A stretch of 32,000 bases of DNA from Propionibacteriaceae bacterium. Its GTDB lineage: Bacteria; Actinomycetota; Actinomycetes; Propionibacteriales; Propionibacteriaceae. The position numbers and the translations under genes were made by a program. Where the stretch lies: assembly GCA_031256725.1 (NCBI GenBank), contig JAIRQE010000016.1:1-32000 (forward strand), given 5' to 3'. The first letter of the stretch is position 1. Each line of letters opens with the position of its first letter. This document shows, piece by piece, positions 15,937 to 26,038 of the stretch. The notes beneath the pieces were generated by a model. The model did no database searches. It was not told where the DNA came from and saw only the letters and a program-made list of their open reading frames with translations.

Positions 15937-16880
15937 TGGGTCGCCTCAGGGGTCTGGGGTTGCGGTTTGTCCCCAATGGACGATTCTGGGTTGGGAGTCC
16001 CCTCGTCATTGTGCGCACTGCGACTTTGCGCATAGGCTTCGTCGTAGAATCCAAGATTGTACCCAGGGTTCGGGTGCTGAAATCCTGGGTCTGCAGGTGG
16101 ATAATTCCCTTGCACGGGTTGCCCCATGGGTGGTGGATAGCTTGGTTGCATGGGTTGGATCATCTGGGGCTGAGCCATCTGTGGGTACCCCTGTGGCGGG
16201 CCTGGTTGAACTGGGAAACCGGGGTACTGTGGAGTAGGGGAATGGTGTCCCATGGGTGGGAACATCGAAGGTACTGCCCCTGCAAAACCGGATGGTGCTG
16301 GAGGGGGCTGACCAATGTTCGGATTAATCTGGGGATCATCAAGGGTGGCTTTATCGACTGGGTGTCCAGTGAGGTTCTCCCGATCTGTGAGGATCTCCCT
16401 CATCTGAGCGGCAATATCGGGAGTTAGCCCCGCAATTGTGGCTGCCAAAGAGGGAGAGGCCGTACTCACGGAAACACTGGCAAGGCCAAAGGCTCGTTCC
16501 AGCGGACCGACATTAATGTCAACGTACTGGATGCGAACATAGGGAATGATGGTGAGGTTGCGGTTCAAGATTCCGGAACGATAGAAGAGGTCGCGGTTGC
16601 GTAGGGCATAGGCCATGGCCTTGACTCGACGTGGAATGAGGACCGCAGTCCAACCAAAGAAAGCAGCAATGATTCCTGTTATAAGGTAGGCCCAAATGGT
16701 CGACCACAGAAGGCAGGTGACGGCGCAAATGATCGCCATGGGGATTGCAGCGATGGCCAGGCTCACCAGCCGTACAGTCGCGAGTTGGGGTTGCACCTTA
16801 TTCCACTGCACATCTGGTGGATCAAAGGGGTTTGCGGGAGCACTCGTGGTTAGAGATTCAACATCAGCCATAGATCCCAT
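15933..16880 (-). CDS. YdbS-like bPH_2 domain membrane protein with a long P/Q/G/M-rich C-terminal tail
   Basis: 315 aa. The N-terminal half has two TM segments plus a bPH_2 pattern (YRSGILNRNLTIIPYVRIQYVDINVGPLERAFGLASVSVSTAS). The C-terminal ~150 aa are low complexity. The start may instead be ATG 16871. Confidence 0.72.
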   Translation of the reverse strand: MGSMADVESLTTSAPANPFDPPDVQWNKVQPQLATVRLVSLAIAAIPMAIICAVTCLLWSTIWAYLITGIIAAFFGWTAVLIPRRVKAMAYALRNRDLFYRSGILNRNLTIIPYVRIQYVDINVGPLERAFGLASVSVSTASPSLAATIAGLTPDIAAQMREILTDRENLTGHPVDKATLDDPQINPNIGQPPPAPSGFAGAVPSMFPPMGHHSPTPQYPGFPVQPGPPQGYPQMAQPQMIQPMQPSYPPPMGQPVQGNYPPADPGFQHPNPGYNLGFYDEAYAQSRSAHNDEGTPNPESSIGDKPQPQTPEATQ

Positions 16881-16934
16881 TGTTGCATAGGTCGTGGATG
16901 GGTGATCAAGTACCAGAGATTAAGGGGTGATAAA

Positions 16935-16961
16935 CTGGCACTCCCGTAGGGTGAGTGCTAG
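16935..16961. promoter_or_regulatory. CIRCE operator (HrcA binding site) CTGGCACTC-N9-GAGTGCTAG
   Basis: Inverted repeat matching the CIRCE consensus TTAGCACTC-N9-GAGTGCTAA at 15 of 18 arm positions. It ends 8 nt upstream of the hrcA ATG. Confidence 0.85.
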
Positions 16962-16969
16962 GAGGTGTG

Positions 16970-17977
16970 ATGCTCGACGACCGGAAACTGGCTGTACTGC
17001 GAGCCATCGTCACCGACTATGTGCAGTCTCATGAGCCTGTGGGGTCTCGCGCGATAGTGGAGAGACACAACCTTGATGTGAGTTCGGCGACTGTACGCAA
17101 TGACATGGCTGCCCTAGAGGAAGAGGGGTACATCACCCATCCCCATACCTCTGCTGGTCGAATTCCGACTGACAAGGGGTATCGCCTCTTCGTGGATCGC
17201 TTGGCGGCCATGAAACCGTTGACGAATGCTGAGAAGAAGGCCATCACCCATTTCTTGAGTGGGGCGGCTGATATCGATGACATCGTGACCAGAACAGTAC
17301 GACTCCTTGCTCAGGTAACTCAACAGGTTGCGATCATGCAGTACCCAACCATGGGTGCCGCAGTGGTACGCCGAGTCGATCTCATATCCCTCCATGATTC
17401 TCGGGGGCTGCTCATTGTGGTCAACTCCTTGGGGAAGGTGGCCCAGCGTTCTATTGATTTCGGATCGATGGATGAGGAGTCTTTGACCCAACTCAGGGAT
17501 CGACTCAATGATGCTCTTGCGGGGCTGGGGCCAAGCCGTGCTGCCCAGGTTCTCGCGGATTTTTCCTCTACCGTTTCCCCGGAAGTACGCCCGATCATCC
17601 ATGGGATTGTTGCTGGTGTACTCGATATCCTGGCTACAGATCAACCAACAAGAATTGTCGTTGCTGGGATCAATCATGTCTCCCAGTTTTCTGATGAGTT
17701 TGAGACCTCGATCCGACCCGTACTCGACACCTTGGAGGAGCAGATGGTACTCCTCAAACTCTTGGGGGAGGCCTCAGCTGAGGTGACTGTACGCATCGGT
17801 CAAGAAAATGAGCATGCGAATCTGTCCACGGCATCCGTGGTCGCCTCTGGCTATGGTGTCGATGATGCCTGGGCAGGGCTTGGAATCGTCGGGCCGACCC
17901 GCATGGACTACCCCTCAACGATGGCATCCGTACGCGCCGTCGCCCGTTATGTGAGCCGGATACTGGCTGAAGGATAA
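16970..17977 (+). CDS. hrcA: heat-inducible transcriptional repressor HrcA
   Basis: N-terminus [30 protein letters not shown] is a typical HrcA winged helix. AGGAGG sits at 16960-16965. The GTG at 16955 offered by the ORF track lies inside CIRCE and is less likely. Confidence 0.9.
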   Translation: MLDDRKLAVLRAIVTDYVQSHEPVGSRAIVERHNLDVSSATVRNDMAALEEEGYITHPHTSAGRIPTDKGYRLFVDRLAAMKPLTNAEKKAITHFLSGAADIDDIVTRTVRLLAQVTQQVAIMQYPTMGAAVVRRVDLISLHDSRGLLIVVNSLGKVAQRSIDFGSMDEESLTQLRDRLNDALAGLGPSRAAQVLADFSSTVSPEVRPIIHGIVAGVLDILATDQPTRIVVAGINHVSQFSDEFETSIRPVLDTLEEQMVLLKLLGEASAEVTVRIGQENEHANLSTASVVASGYGVDDAWAGLGIVGPTRMDYPSTMASVRAVARYVSRILAEG

Positions 17978-17978
17978 A

Positions 17979-19127
17979 ATGACAACTGATTATTACTCTC
18001 TCCTTGGCGTGCCCAGGGATGCCTCCGACGAGGAGATCAAGAAGGCCTACCGCAAGCTCGCCATGAAGTACCATCCCGACGTTGCGAGCGAAGAGGGTGC
18101 AGCCGAGAAGTTTAAGGAGATTGGCGAAGCCTATGAGGTCTTGTCCGATCCCCAGAAGAAGAGCGTGTACGACCGTGGTGGAGATCCCTGGGGTGGCGGT
18201 GGTCCCGGCTTCTCAGGCTTCGGAGGTACCTTCGATTTCTCGACGATCATGGACGCGATGTTCGGTGGTGGAATGGGATCCAGAGGGCCACGATCTAGGG
18301 TTGCTCGCGGACAGGATCGCCTTGAGCGGATGTCGTTGCCCCTTGTGGATGCCTCTTTCGGTGTGATACGCGAGATTACTATCGAGTCTCTGGTTCTCTG
18401 TGGATCCTGTACAGGCTCAGGTGCTGCGGATTCCTCTAAGCCAGTGAGCTGTCGTATATGTCAAGGCCGTGGCGAGGTCACCCAGGTTCAACGCTCCTTC
18501 ATCGGCGATATCCGTACCTCCTCCCCATGCCCCCAGTGTCGAGGATTCGGATCAATTATCGAAAACCCCTGCCCGGAATGCTATGGCGACGGGCGGGTCA
18601 AGATGAAGCGCAACCTCTCGGTCAAGGTTCCAGCAGGTGTAACAACTGGTAATAGAATCCGTCTTGAATCCCAAGGCGATGTGGGTTCCGGTGGTGGCCC
18701 TGCTGGTGATCTTTATGTTGAGTTGGTTGTCTCCGAACATGAGATGTTTACCCGCGCAGGGGACAACCTTGAGACCACTCTCAAGATTCCGATGACTGCT
18801 GCTGCCCTCGGGGCGGAACTCCATCTGGCAACTATTGATGCCGAACGTGAAGGCTGTGAACCTGGTGACGCCATCGCTATGGTGACGATCACAGCGGGTA
18901 CCCAGACCGGTTCCAAGTTGGTGGTCAAAGGTCGTGGCGTACCAAAGCTTCGTGGGCGTGGCCGTGGAGACATGATCATCCATGTTGTCGTCAGCACACC
19001 AACCAACCTTGATGATTCCCAGCGCGAATTGCTTGGGCAATTAGCAGGACTCCGTGGTGAGGATGGGCCCATCAAACCTCGTGCTGACAAGGGATTCTTC
19101 GACAAACTACGCGAGGCATTTTCGTGA
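17979..19127 (+). CDS. dnaJ: molecular chaperone DnaJ
   Basis: 382 aa with a J domain (HPD), a G/F-rich linker and four CxxCxGxG zinc-finger repeats. Confidence 0.95.
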   Translation: MTTDYYSLLGVPRDASDEEIKKAYRKLAMKYHPDVASEEGAAEKFKEIGEAYEVLSDPQKKSVYDRGGDPWGGGGPGFSGFGGTFDFSTIMDAMFGGGMGSRGPRSRVARGQDRLERMSLPLVDASFGVIREITIESLVLCGSCTGSGAADSSKPVSCRICQGRGEVTQVQRSFIGDIRTSSPCPQCRGFGSIIENPCPECYGDGRVKMKRNLSVKVPAGVTTGNRIRLESQGDVGSGGGPAGDLYVELVVSEHEMFTRAGDNLETTLKIPMTAAALGAELHLATIDAEREGCEPGDAIAMVTITAGTQTGSKLVVKGRGVPKLRGRGRGDMIIHVVVSTPTNLDDSQRELLGQLAGLRGEDGPIKPRADKGFFDKLREAFS

Positions 19128-19906
19128 GCGACGGGTTCTTCGTCGGATATATTCCTGAGGATTCATCCCCTGGGAGTCAGGTTTTTCTCGAGGGTTCTGA
19201 GGCTCACCATGCTGCAGTGGTACGGCGGTTAGCCGTGGGTGAGTCGGTCGTGATCGCCGATGGATTGGGTCGAGGGGTTGTGGGGGTTGTTGACTCTGTA
19301 TCAAAGACCCGAGTATGTGTTGAGGTTGAGTCTGTGGTGGATGCTCCCGAATCCCCACTGAGGATCACCGTGGCCCAGGCTTTCCCGAAGACCGATCGCG
19401 CTGAACTGGCGGTGGATCTGATGACCGAGGTTGGAGTCGATGAGATCCTGGGTTGGGCTGGGGCTAGATCCCAGGTTCGCTGGACGGGGGAGCGTGGTGA
19501 GAAGGCTCACAGTAAGTGGGTGAATGCTGCACGAGAGTCCTCAAAACAGTCTCGACGTTTGAGGTTCCCAATGGTCGGACCCTGGGTTTCTGCCACTGAG
19601 GTTGCTCGCAGGATCGCTGAATCCGAATACGGGATCATCATGCATGAGAAGGCCACTCGCTCGATTGTTGACTGTGTACTTCCAAGCCAGGGTGATGTTG
19701 TGATTGTCATTGGCCCCGAGGGTGGCCTAAGTGATGATGAGGTTCGTACCTTTGAGGATGCCGGTGGTCAGACCTATTCCATGGGGGAGACTGTGTTGCG
19801 TACCTCGACTGCTGGCGCGGTCGCTGTCACACAAGTCCGCCTGTTGTCTCAGCGGGGCCGGTTCGTTTCTGACACATTTTCGTGTCAGAGGGGACAGGTC
19901 ATCTGA
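19124..19906 (+). CDS. rsmE: 16S rRNA (uracil1498-N3)-methyltransferase RsmE family
   Basis: 260 aa. An N-terminal PUA-like segment ([17 protein letters not shown]) is followed by a SPOUT C-terminal domain ([15 protein letters not shown]...LRTSTA). The GTGA overlaps the dnaJ stop. Confidence 0.85.
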   Translation: MSDGFFVGYIPEDSSPGSQVFLEGSEAHHAAVVRRLAVGESVVIADGLGRGVVGVVDSVSKTRVCVEVESVVDAPESPLRITVAQAFPKTDRAELAVDLMTEVGVDEILGWAGARSQVRWTGERGEKAHSKWVNAARESSKQSRRLRFPMVGPWVSATEVARRIAESEYGIIMHEKATRSIVDCVLPSQGDVVIVIGPEGGLSDDEVRTFEDAGGQTYSMGETVLRTSTAGAVAVTQVRLLSQRGRFVSDTFSCQRGQVI

Positions 19907-19928
19907 CGTGAAGGGAATAAGGTAATCA

Positions 19929-21197
19929 ATGATGGATGATTCGCGCTTGGTGAGTTCTGGATCCCGCGACGAAGTCGACACTTTCTCATTCACTCCAGGT
20001 ACTTCCATCCCGGGTCGACTTGGTCGTACCGGGGTCATCCACACCCCGCACGGGGATATTCGTACCCCTGCTTTCATTGTTGTTGGTACGGCTGCAACCG
20101 TGAAGGGGGTACTTCCTCGAGACATTAAAGACCTGGGAGCTCAGGCCGTACTTGCGAATGCTTACCATCTGTACCTCCAACCAGGCTCTGATATCGTCGA
20201 CGAAGCTGGAGGAGTGGGGTCCTTTATGGGATGGGATGGGCCAACTTTTACTGACTCGGGGGGGTTCCAGGTCCTGAGCCAGGGGGCAGGATTCAAGAAA
20301 GTGTTGGCTATGTCAACAGCGGGCCTGGCAAGCGATGATGTGATCGCCAAGGGCAAGGATCGACTGGCTGTGGTTGATGATGATGGGGTGAATTTCCGCT
20401 CCTATCGTGACGGATCCAAACACCGCTTCACCCCTGAGGTTTCGATGGGAATCCAGCATCAACTCGGTGCGGACATCATGTTTGCCTTCGATGAATGTAC
20501 GACGTTAATGAACACCCGTGGGTACCAAGAAAGTTCCCTGGATCGTACCTATGCCTGGGCTTTGCGCTGTCTCGCGGAACATCGTCGGTTGACTGTGGAG
20601 AGGGTAGGGAAGCCCTATCAGGCGCTCTTTGGGGTTGTCCAAGGAGCTCAATTTGAGGACCTCCGACGTAAGGCTGCGCGAGATCTGGCTGAGGCTGAGG
20701 TCGATGGACAGATCTTCGACGGCTTCGGTATCGGTGGGGCCCTAGAGAAGGAGAACCTGGGTACGATTTGCCGCTGGGTGAACGAGGAACTCCCAGTTGA
20801 CAAGCCGAGACACCTGCTGGGCATCTCTGAGCCAGAGGATCTGTTTGCTGCTATTGAGCAGGGTGCGGATACCTTCGATTGTGTGAACCCTTCAAGGACA
20901 GCACGCAATGGGCGGGCCTACACCCACGAGGGTTGGTACAACGTGGACACCCTCCCCTCAAAGCGTAGTTTCACCCCTATCGAGGAGGGCTGCGATTGCT
21001 ACACCTGCGCCCACTACACCCGCGCCTACCTCCATCATCTTGCCCGCTCCAAGGAACTTGTTCTCTATACCCTGATGACAATCCACAATGAACGTTTCCA
21101 TGTACACCTAGTCGACCAAATCCGAAAATCCATCGACGGTGGCTACTTTGATGACTACAGAACCGACTTCCTTGGAAGGTACCGCCGTCCAGCCTAA
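19929..21197 (+). CDS. tgt: tRNA-guanine(34) transglycosylase (queuine/preQ tRNA-ribosyltransferase)
   Basis: 422 aa with the TDSGGFQV and FDEC catalytic blocks and zinc site CDCYTC...H. It starts 22 nt after rsmE. Confidence 0.9.
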   Translation: MMDDSRLVSSGSRDEVDTFSFTPGTSIPGRLGRTGVIHTPHGDIRTPAFIVVGTAATVKGVLPRDIKDLGAQAVLANAYHLYLQPGSDIVDEAGGVGSFMGWDGPTFTDSGGFQVLSQGAGFKKVLAMSTAGLASDDVIAKGKDRLAVVDDDGVNFRSYRDGSKHRFTPEVSMGIQHQLGADIMFAFDECTTLMNTRGYQESSLDRTYAWALRCLAEHRRLTVERVGKPYQALFGVVQGAQFEDLRRKAARDLAEAEVDGQIFDGFGIGGALEKENLGTICRWVNEELPVDKPRHLLGISEPEDLFAAIEQGADTFDCVNPSRTARNGRAYTHEGWYNVDTLPSKRSFTPIEEGCDCYTCAHYTRAYLHHLARSKELVLYTLMTIHNERFHVHLVDQIRKSIDGGYFDDYRTDFLGRYRRPA

Positions 21198-21251
21198 CTC
21201 CGGCCAAAGATTAACGTCTGTACGCCATGGAAGCTCCAAAAGTGGTCGACT

Positions 21252-23351
21252 TCACCTGTCCGCGAGGCTGGCTTCTAGGGCTTCGCTGATGATGGGTTCC
21301 AGGAAGGGCGCAAGAGACAGGGCAAAGGTTTTGGTCATATGCTGGTCATCCCAGGTCCATAACAACCCGCCCACAACACTGCGGCAGGTACTCTCGTCAC
21401 ACATGGCATCATTGAGGTCGACTGCTGTGATGGCTGGGCTCGTACTGTTAACGGCTGCTTCATAGAGATGATCCTCGTACACAACACTGTCTCGGGGATA
21501 ATCACAGGCACTGTAATCGGATTCATGACTAGAGACGCAATCCGGCGCACGTTCGTGAAGTACAGGTGCATGTCGGATGACGAGAACATGGAATCCTCGG
21601 GAAGTCAGGTCATCAAGAATGTCGACGAACATCTGTCGGTGTACCTCTGCCTGGTCCTGTTCAGGTACACCAACGAGACTGGTTTGGAGAGTACGGGAGA
21701 CCATGACGATGAGATCCACATCTCGGTTGGTGAGTTCATCAATGGTGTAGTTTGTCCATCCGAGACATCCTGGGCGAGTCCTATCAGATCCAACTAGTTC
21801 CATGGTTGCCGGATAACAGGCGCCAGCAAGGTGGGAGGAAAGCTTCCAGTTGTTCTGATCGGCTAGGACTATAAGCGGATCAAGATAGGGGATTGCGTGG
21901 GAATTGCCCCACAGTGCCACTGAGGGAGCATCAGCATTCTTGGCCCCAAACTCGCAGACGGGATAATGAGTGGGATAGTCGACGGTCCAGCGGCAATCCG
22001 TTTTGTAGGTGATGCTCAGATCCTTGATTGTTTGGGTGGGTGTGAAGTACAGGGTCTCACCATGGGGATCGCGGCCCTCACAGGCTGGATCAAGTGTCAT
22101 CGCAGCACCCACACAGGTTTCACTCGCAGGAATGGTTGGCAGCTTCGTATTTCCTAGAACATAGGTAACAACTGCACCTGGTGCTACCGCGAGAGCCATT
22201 CCCACTACTAGGAATATGAAGGTACGTCTCAGGGGTACTCCCAAAGGATGGAGTCCACGGAATTTATCCTCAATGAAGGTTTTGGTACACGCGGACAGAA
22301 CCAGAGTTAATGCAATTGCCGCGAGTTTGATGGGCCAAGTCATCTCGCGTCCCACAGCATGAGGTGTCAAGACCACGAAGGGCCAATGCCACAGATAGAT
22401 GGAATAGGACCAATCCCCAATAAGTTGAACGGGTTTCCAGCGAAGTACCGTGTCGAAACTGATGGAATGCTCACCAGGGCCACCACCAATGACAAGAACA
22501 GCGCCGAGAACGGGAATCGCAGCGATCCAGCCAGGGAAGTTCTCTCCAGTCACGAAGAACCCTGACCATATCATCATCGACAAACCTGCTGCGACAAGGC
22601 CAAGCTTGATCCAAGGATGTTTCGACAGCCGAGTCGCAAGCCACGGGTACACCACTGCAAGGAGGCCACCTAGACCTAGTTCCCACATTCGTGTGGTGGT
22701 TACAAAATAGGCCTTCGGTGGGTACACGGCGGTGTAGTATACCGACCAGGTGAAGGAGGTTAGGACGACTGCTGCAATGCCGATCCCTACTCCTCGACGA
22801 AACCGGCGACCTGTGATCAGGGCGATGGCTGCGATAAGAATCGGCCACACGAGATAGAACTGTTCCTCAACTGATAAGGACCAATAGTGCTGGAGTACTG
22901 TCGGTGGTGATCCTATGGCGAGGTAGTCAACCGAGCGTGCAGCAAGATGCCAGTTCTCGACGTAGAGTGCTGCCATGATACCTGAGAGTCCATTGGGATC
23001 CCGCTGGGTTCTTGGGACGAGGAAAACCATTGCTGCTGTGGCCACGATGATGACCAGGAAGGCGACAGGTAAGAGTCGACGTACTCTGCGTCCCCAAAAT
23101 TCGACGACATCCATGAATCGCTTGGGTGGTTTATTCACCAGATGAGAGGTGATGAGGAAGCCTGAGATGACGAAGAAAACATCTACGCCGACAAAGCCGC
23201 CTTGAACACGGTGTGGCCAAAAGTGGTAGGCCAGAACAAGTCCGACCGCCAGAGCACGCATCCACTGAATGTCGATTCGGACACCATGGTGACTGTGGGT
23301 ACTATCTCCAACTTTCGCCTCAGGGGCGTCGTTGTTGATGGTCCTCGTCAT
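21252..23351 (-). CDS. acyltransferase family 3 membrane O-acyltransferase with C-terminal SGNH-like extracytoplasmic domain
   Basis: The N-terminus carries the acyltransferase_3 signature (MRALAVGLVLAYHFWPH...GGFVGVDVFFVISGFLIT) and ~10 TM segments, followed by a ~300-aa soluble C-terminal domain. The start is placed at ATG 23351 (MTRTINN...). The ORF-track start at 23372 is a TTG. Confidence 0.82.
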   Translation of the reverse strand: MTRTINNDAPEAKVGDSTHSHHGVRIDIQWMRALAVGLVLAYHFWPHRVQGGFVGVDVFFVISGFLITSHLVNKPPKRFMDVVEFWGRRVRRLLPVAFLVIIVATAAMVFLVPRTQRDPNGLSGIMAALYVENWHLAARSVDYLAIGSPPTVLQHYWSLSVEEQFYLVWPILIAAIALITGRRFRRGVGIGIAAVVLTSFTWSVYYTAVYPPKAYFVTTTRMWELGLGGLLAVVYPWLATRLSKHPWIKLGLVAAGLSMMIWSGFFVTGENFPGWIAAIPVLGAVLVIGGGPGEHSISFDTVLRWKPVQLIGDWSYSIYLWHWPFVVLTPHAVGREMTWPIKLAAIALTLVLSACTKTFIEDKFRGLHPLGVPLRRTFIFLVVGMALAVAPGAVVTYVLGNTKLPTIPASETCVGAAMTLDPACEGRDPHGETLYFTPTQTIKDLSITYKTDCRWTVDYPTHYPVCEFGAKNADAPSVALWGNSHAIPYLDPLIVLADQNNWKLSSHLAGACYPATMELVGSDRTRPGCLGWTNYTIDELTNRDVDLIVMVSRTLQTSLVGVPEQDQAEVHRQMFVDILDDLTSRGFHVLVIRHAPVLHERAPDCVSSHESDYSACDYPRDSVVYEDHLYEAAVNSTSPAITAVDLNDAMCDESTCRSVVGGLLWTWDDQHMTKTFALSLAPFLEPIISEALEASLADR

Positions 23352-23373
23352 GGGATGAATACTATGGCACAAC

Positions 23374-23407
23374 CCATGTGAGGTGGAAGTCCATGTGAGG
23401 TGGAAGT
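23374..23407. repeat. perfect 17-nt tandem duplication (CCATGTGAGGTGGAAGT x2)
   Basis: Read directly. It lies between the pnkp stop and the acyltransferase start. Confidence 0.9.
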
Positions 23408-23452
23408 CGAGTTAATCTGCTTGTCTGGAAAACTCGCAGAAAAAGTTTCTCG

Positions 23453-26038
23453 TCATAATCTGGGATCCACTGGTTCGCTTTCTAGGGCTAGGACACCGAA
23501 GATGCATTCGTGTACTCGATGAAGGGGGTCGCCGTTGACGAAACGATCCAGGGATTCCATGCCGAGTGCGAACTCTTGAAGTGCAAGTCGACGCTTTGTG
23601 GACAGGGAGCGTTTCTTCAAGCGGGGGAGGTTTTCCTTGAGAAGGTACTCTGGGCCGTAGATAATGCGCAGGTATTCCCGGCCTCGGCATTTAACTGCGG
23701 GCTGGATGGGTGCTGAATCGCCATGACCAATAAAGTCGAGGGGTTTGACCACCATCCCCTCACCACCGGAAGCAGTGAGATCCTGCCACCACTGGATTGC
23801 GGTCATCGTACTCTTCTCATCTGAAAGGTCCACAAGAAGGTGGTCAGTCGCCATGAAGATGGGGTCGATGCCAGTCATGTGTTTGGCAATGGTTTCCATG
23901 TGCCACAGATGGTTTCGATCCGAGTACACATGCCCCTCGGTTGCAAGAATATGGAAGGGAGCGATGCGATAATCCTCGATGCTTGTGACCTCCCAGCAGT
24001 ACCTCCGATAGGCTTCAGCATAGTGGTCTAGGGCCTCGGCGCGAGCCTGATACCTCTCGGCTAGAGCCGCAAGATCAAGGGTCTTCTTTTCTTGGTTTGG
24101 CCGTGCCAACGTGTCGTCCAGACAAGCGGATTCAAGCTTGTCCGTGAGTACAGCACAAGCACTTGTGATCGCAGCAACCCCAGCAGCTAAACCTACACTC
24201 CCAGCGCGACTCACGGGAGCGAATTGTTCGCGGAGAAGACCCTGAGCCTTGGCTGACCAGGGCATGAGTTCTGCATCCAAACAAACCCAATCTGTGGAGT
24301 ACTCATCCCAGAATCCTGTTCTGGTGAGGACATCATCAAGGCTTGTCAACAGGGTTGTCTCAGTATCATCCTCAAAGAAACGCCGACCTGTGCGTGTGTA
24401 GATGATTCCACGGGTACCATCAGCAATCCTGAATCGACGTTGAGCCACACTCTCATCTCGACACAGGATGATCACAGCACGTGACCCCATGTGTTTGCGC
24501 TCACAAACAACCTGGGTCACACCACGCTTGCGGTAGTACTCGAAGGCTTGCGAGGGATCTTCCAAATAATCATCAAGGGTACTCGTCTCGCAGGGGGACA
24601 TCGTTGGTGGCAGATAGATCAACCATCTGGGATCTGCAGCAAAACGACTCATAACCTCAAGGGCAGCAGCTGAGTTCTCTGCGTTGATCTTGATGGATTT
24701 GCGTAGGGTCGTTGACAGGAATCTCTGCCCCAAAACATCATCCACATTCAATAGATCCCCGCTGGTCGTGGGTGGATGCAGTGGTTTGATGAGTGTGTAA
24801 TACTCCCGAGCCGCCTCAATCTGTACGACTTCTTTTTCAGGGTAACGAAACCCTGTCAGCTTTCCACCAAAGACGCAACCGGTATCAATGCAGACAGTAT
24901 TGTTGATCATTTCGATCTCGGGGGTGGGCACATGCCCATAGACGACGAGGGCTGAACCACGGTAATCATTCGCCCAAGGCAGACGTACAGGCAGGCCATA
25001 CTCATCAGTCTCACCAGTGGTGTCTCCGTACAAACAGAAACTGCGAACTCGCCCAGAACTGCGCCCGTGGTACTTCTCAATCAGCCCAGCATGGGCGACA
25101 ACCAACCTGCCACCGTCGAAGACGTAATGACTGATCAAACCATCCAGGAAACTCTCGACCTCTGTACGAAATTGGCTGGTTTCCGCATCCAACTGAGCCA
25201 TGGTGATGTCGATCCCATGGGTCATGTTTGTGAGTCCGCGACGCAAGATCCGAACGAGTTTCGCATCATGATTGCCAGCCACACAGTACGCTGCACCCGA
25301 GTTGACCATGGACATCACAAGACGCAGGACATCGGTGTTCTTGGGACCGCGATCACAGAGGTCACCAACGAAGATCGCTCGCCGCCCCGATGGGGGAGTA
25401 GCCTGATGATTCTCCTTGTCAACCGCATATCCCATGGTGTCCAAGAGTGAGCACAACTCATCGTAGCAACCGTGTACGTCTCCGATGATGTCGAAGGGTC
25501 CAGTCTCATCTTTCTTGTCATTCCACAGCCGAGTACGATGGATCTCCACGTGAGCGATCTCATCCTCACTGTTCAGAACATGAACATAGCGAAACCCCTC
25601 CTTCTTCAAGGTTTTGAGGGTATGACGCAACTGCTCCATCTGACGGTGGATCACCTTCGCAGGGAAACTCCGATCGCTACGCTGGGCATGGCGCTCCACG
25701 CAGGTGGCTTCCGGCAGGTTGAGTACGATGGCGACCGCGTGAACATTCTGCTCCTTGGCGAGATTGAGCACAGCTGCCCGAGCATCCTTGTGGATATTTG
25801 TGGCATCGATCACAGTCAACAGCCCCAGATCCAGTCGCTTATTGGCGACGTAATACAGGGTGTCGAAGGCTTGGCGGGTCACCTTCTCGTTGTTCTCATC
25901 ATCAGAAACCATGGCTCTAAAGAAATCCGAAGAGAGGATTTCAGTTGGTTTGAAGTGGCGCTGAGCGAAGGTAGATTTCCCCGAGGATGACACTCCAACC
26001 ACGGCAACGACTGCGAGTTCAGGAATCTCTATGCGCAT
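23453..26038 (-). CDS. pnkp: polynucleotide kinase-phosphatase with ligase-like domain (bacterial RNA repair Pnkp)
   Basis: 861 aa in three modules. The N-terminal kinase has P-loop GVSSSGKST. The metallophosphatase has GDVHGC, GDLCDRGP and GNHD. The C-terminal nucleotidyltransferase has the ERKHMGSRAV lysine motif. GGAGG lies 4 nt before the ATG. The start overlaps the hen1 stop by 10 nt. Confidence 0.92.
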   Translation of the reverse strand: MRIEIPELAVVAVVGVSSSGKSTFAQRHFKPTEILSSDFFRAMVSDDENNEKVTRQAFDTLYYVANKRLDLGLLTVIDATNIHKDARAAVLNLAKEQNVHAVAIVLNLPEATCVERHAQRSDRSFPAKVIHRQMEQLRHTLKTLKKEGFRYVHVLNSEDEIAHVEIHRTRLWNDKKDETGPFDIIGDVHGCYDELCSLLDTMGYAVDKENHQATPPSGRRAIFVGDLCDRGPKNTDVLRLVMSMVNSGAAYCVAGNHDAKLVRILRRGLTNMTHGIDITMAQLDAETSQFRTEVESFLDGLISHYVFDGGRLVVAHAGLIEKYHGRSSGRVRSFCLYGDTTGETDEYGLPVRLPWANDYRGSALVVYGHVPTPEIEMINNTVCIDTGCVFGGKLTGFRYPEKEVVQIEAAREYYTLIKPLHPPTTSGDLLNVDDVLGQRFLSTTLRKSIKINAENSAAALEVMSRFAADPRWLIYLPPTMSPCETSTLDDYLEDPSQAFEYYRKRGVTQVVCERKHMGSRAVIILCRDESVAQRRFRIADGTRGIIYTRTGRRFFEDDTETTLLTSLDDVLTRTGFWDEYSTDWVCLDAELMPWSAKAQGLLREQFAPVSRAGSVGLAAGVAAITSACAVLTDKLESACLDDTLARPNQEKKTLDLAALAERYQARAEALDHYAEAYRRYCWEVTSIEDYRIAPFHILATEGHVYSDRNHLWHMETIAKHMTGIDPIFMATDHLLVDLSDEKSTMTAIQWWQDLTASGGEGMVVKPLDFIGHGDSAPIQPAVKCRGREYLRIIYGPEYLLKENLPRLKKRSLSTKRRLALQEFALGMESLDRFVNGDPLHRVHECIFGVLALESEPVDPRL

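Noticed and set aside
15873-16427. 184-aa plus-strand ORF rich in W, G and L
   Set aside because: It is exactly antisense to the proline-rich tail of the YdbS-like gene (CCN codons read as NGG). It is a compositional mirror artefact.
16955-16969. GTG start for hrcA at 16955
   Set aside because: It lies inside the CIRCE inverted repeat and upstream of the AGGAGG (16960-16965). ATG 16970 gives the canonical MLDDRKL... N-terminus.
23352-23372. TTG start extending the acyltransferase by 7 codons (MCHSIHP)
   Set aside because: It is a rare start codon with no SD. ATG 23351 is adequate and still precedes the conserved acyltransferase_3 N-terminal motif. The choice remains uncertain.
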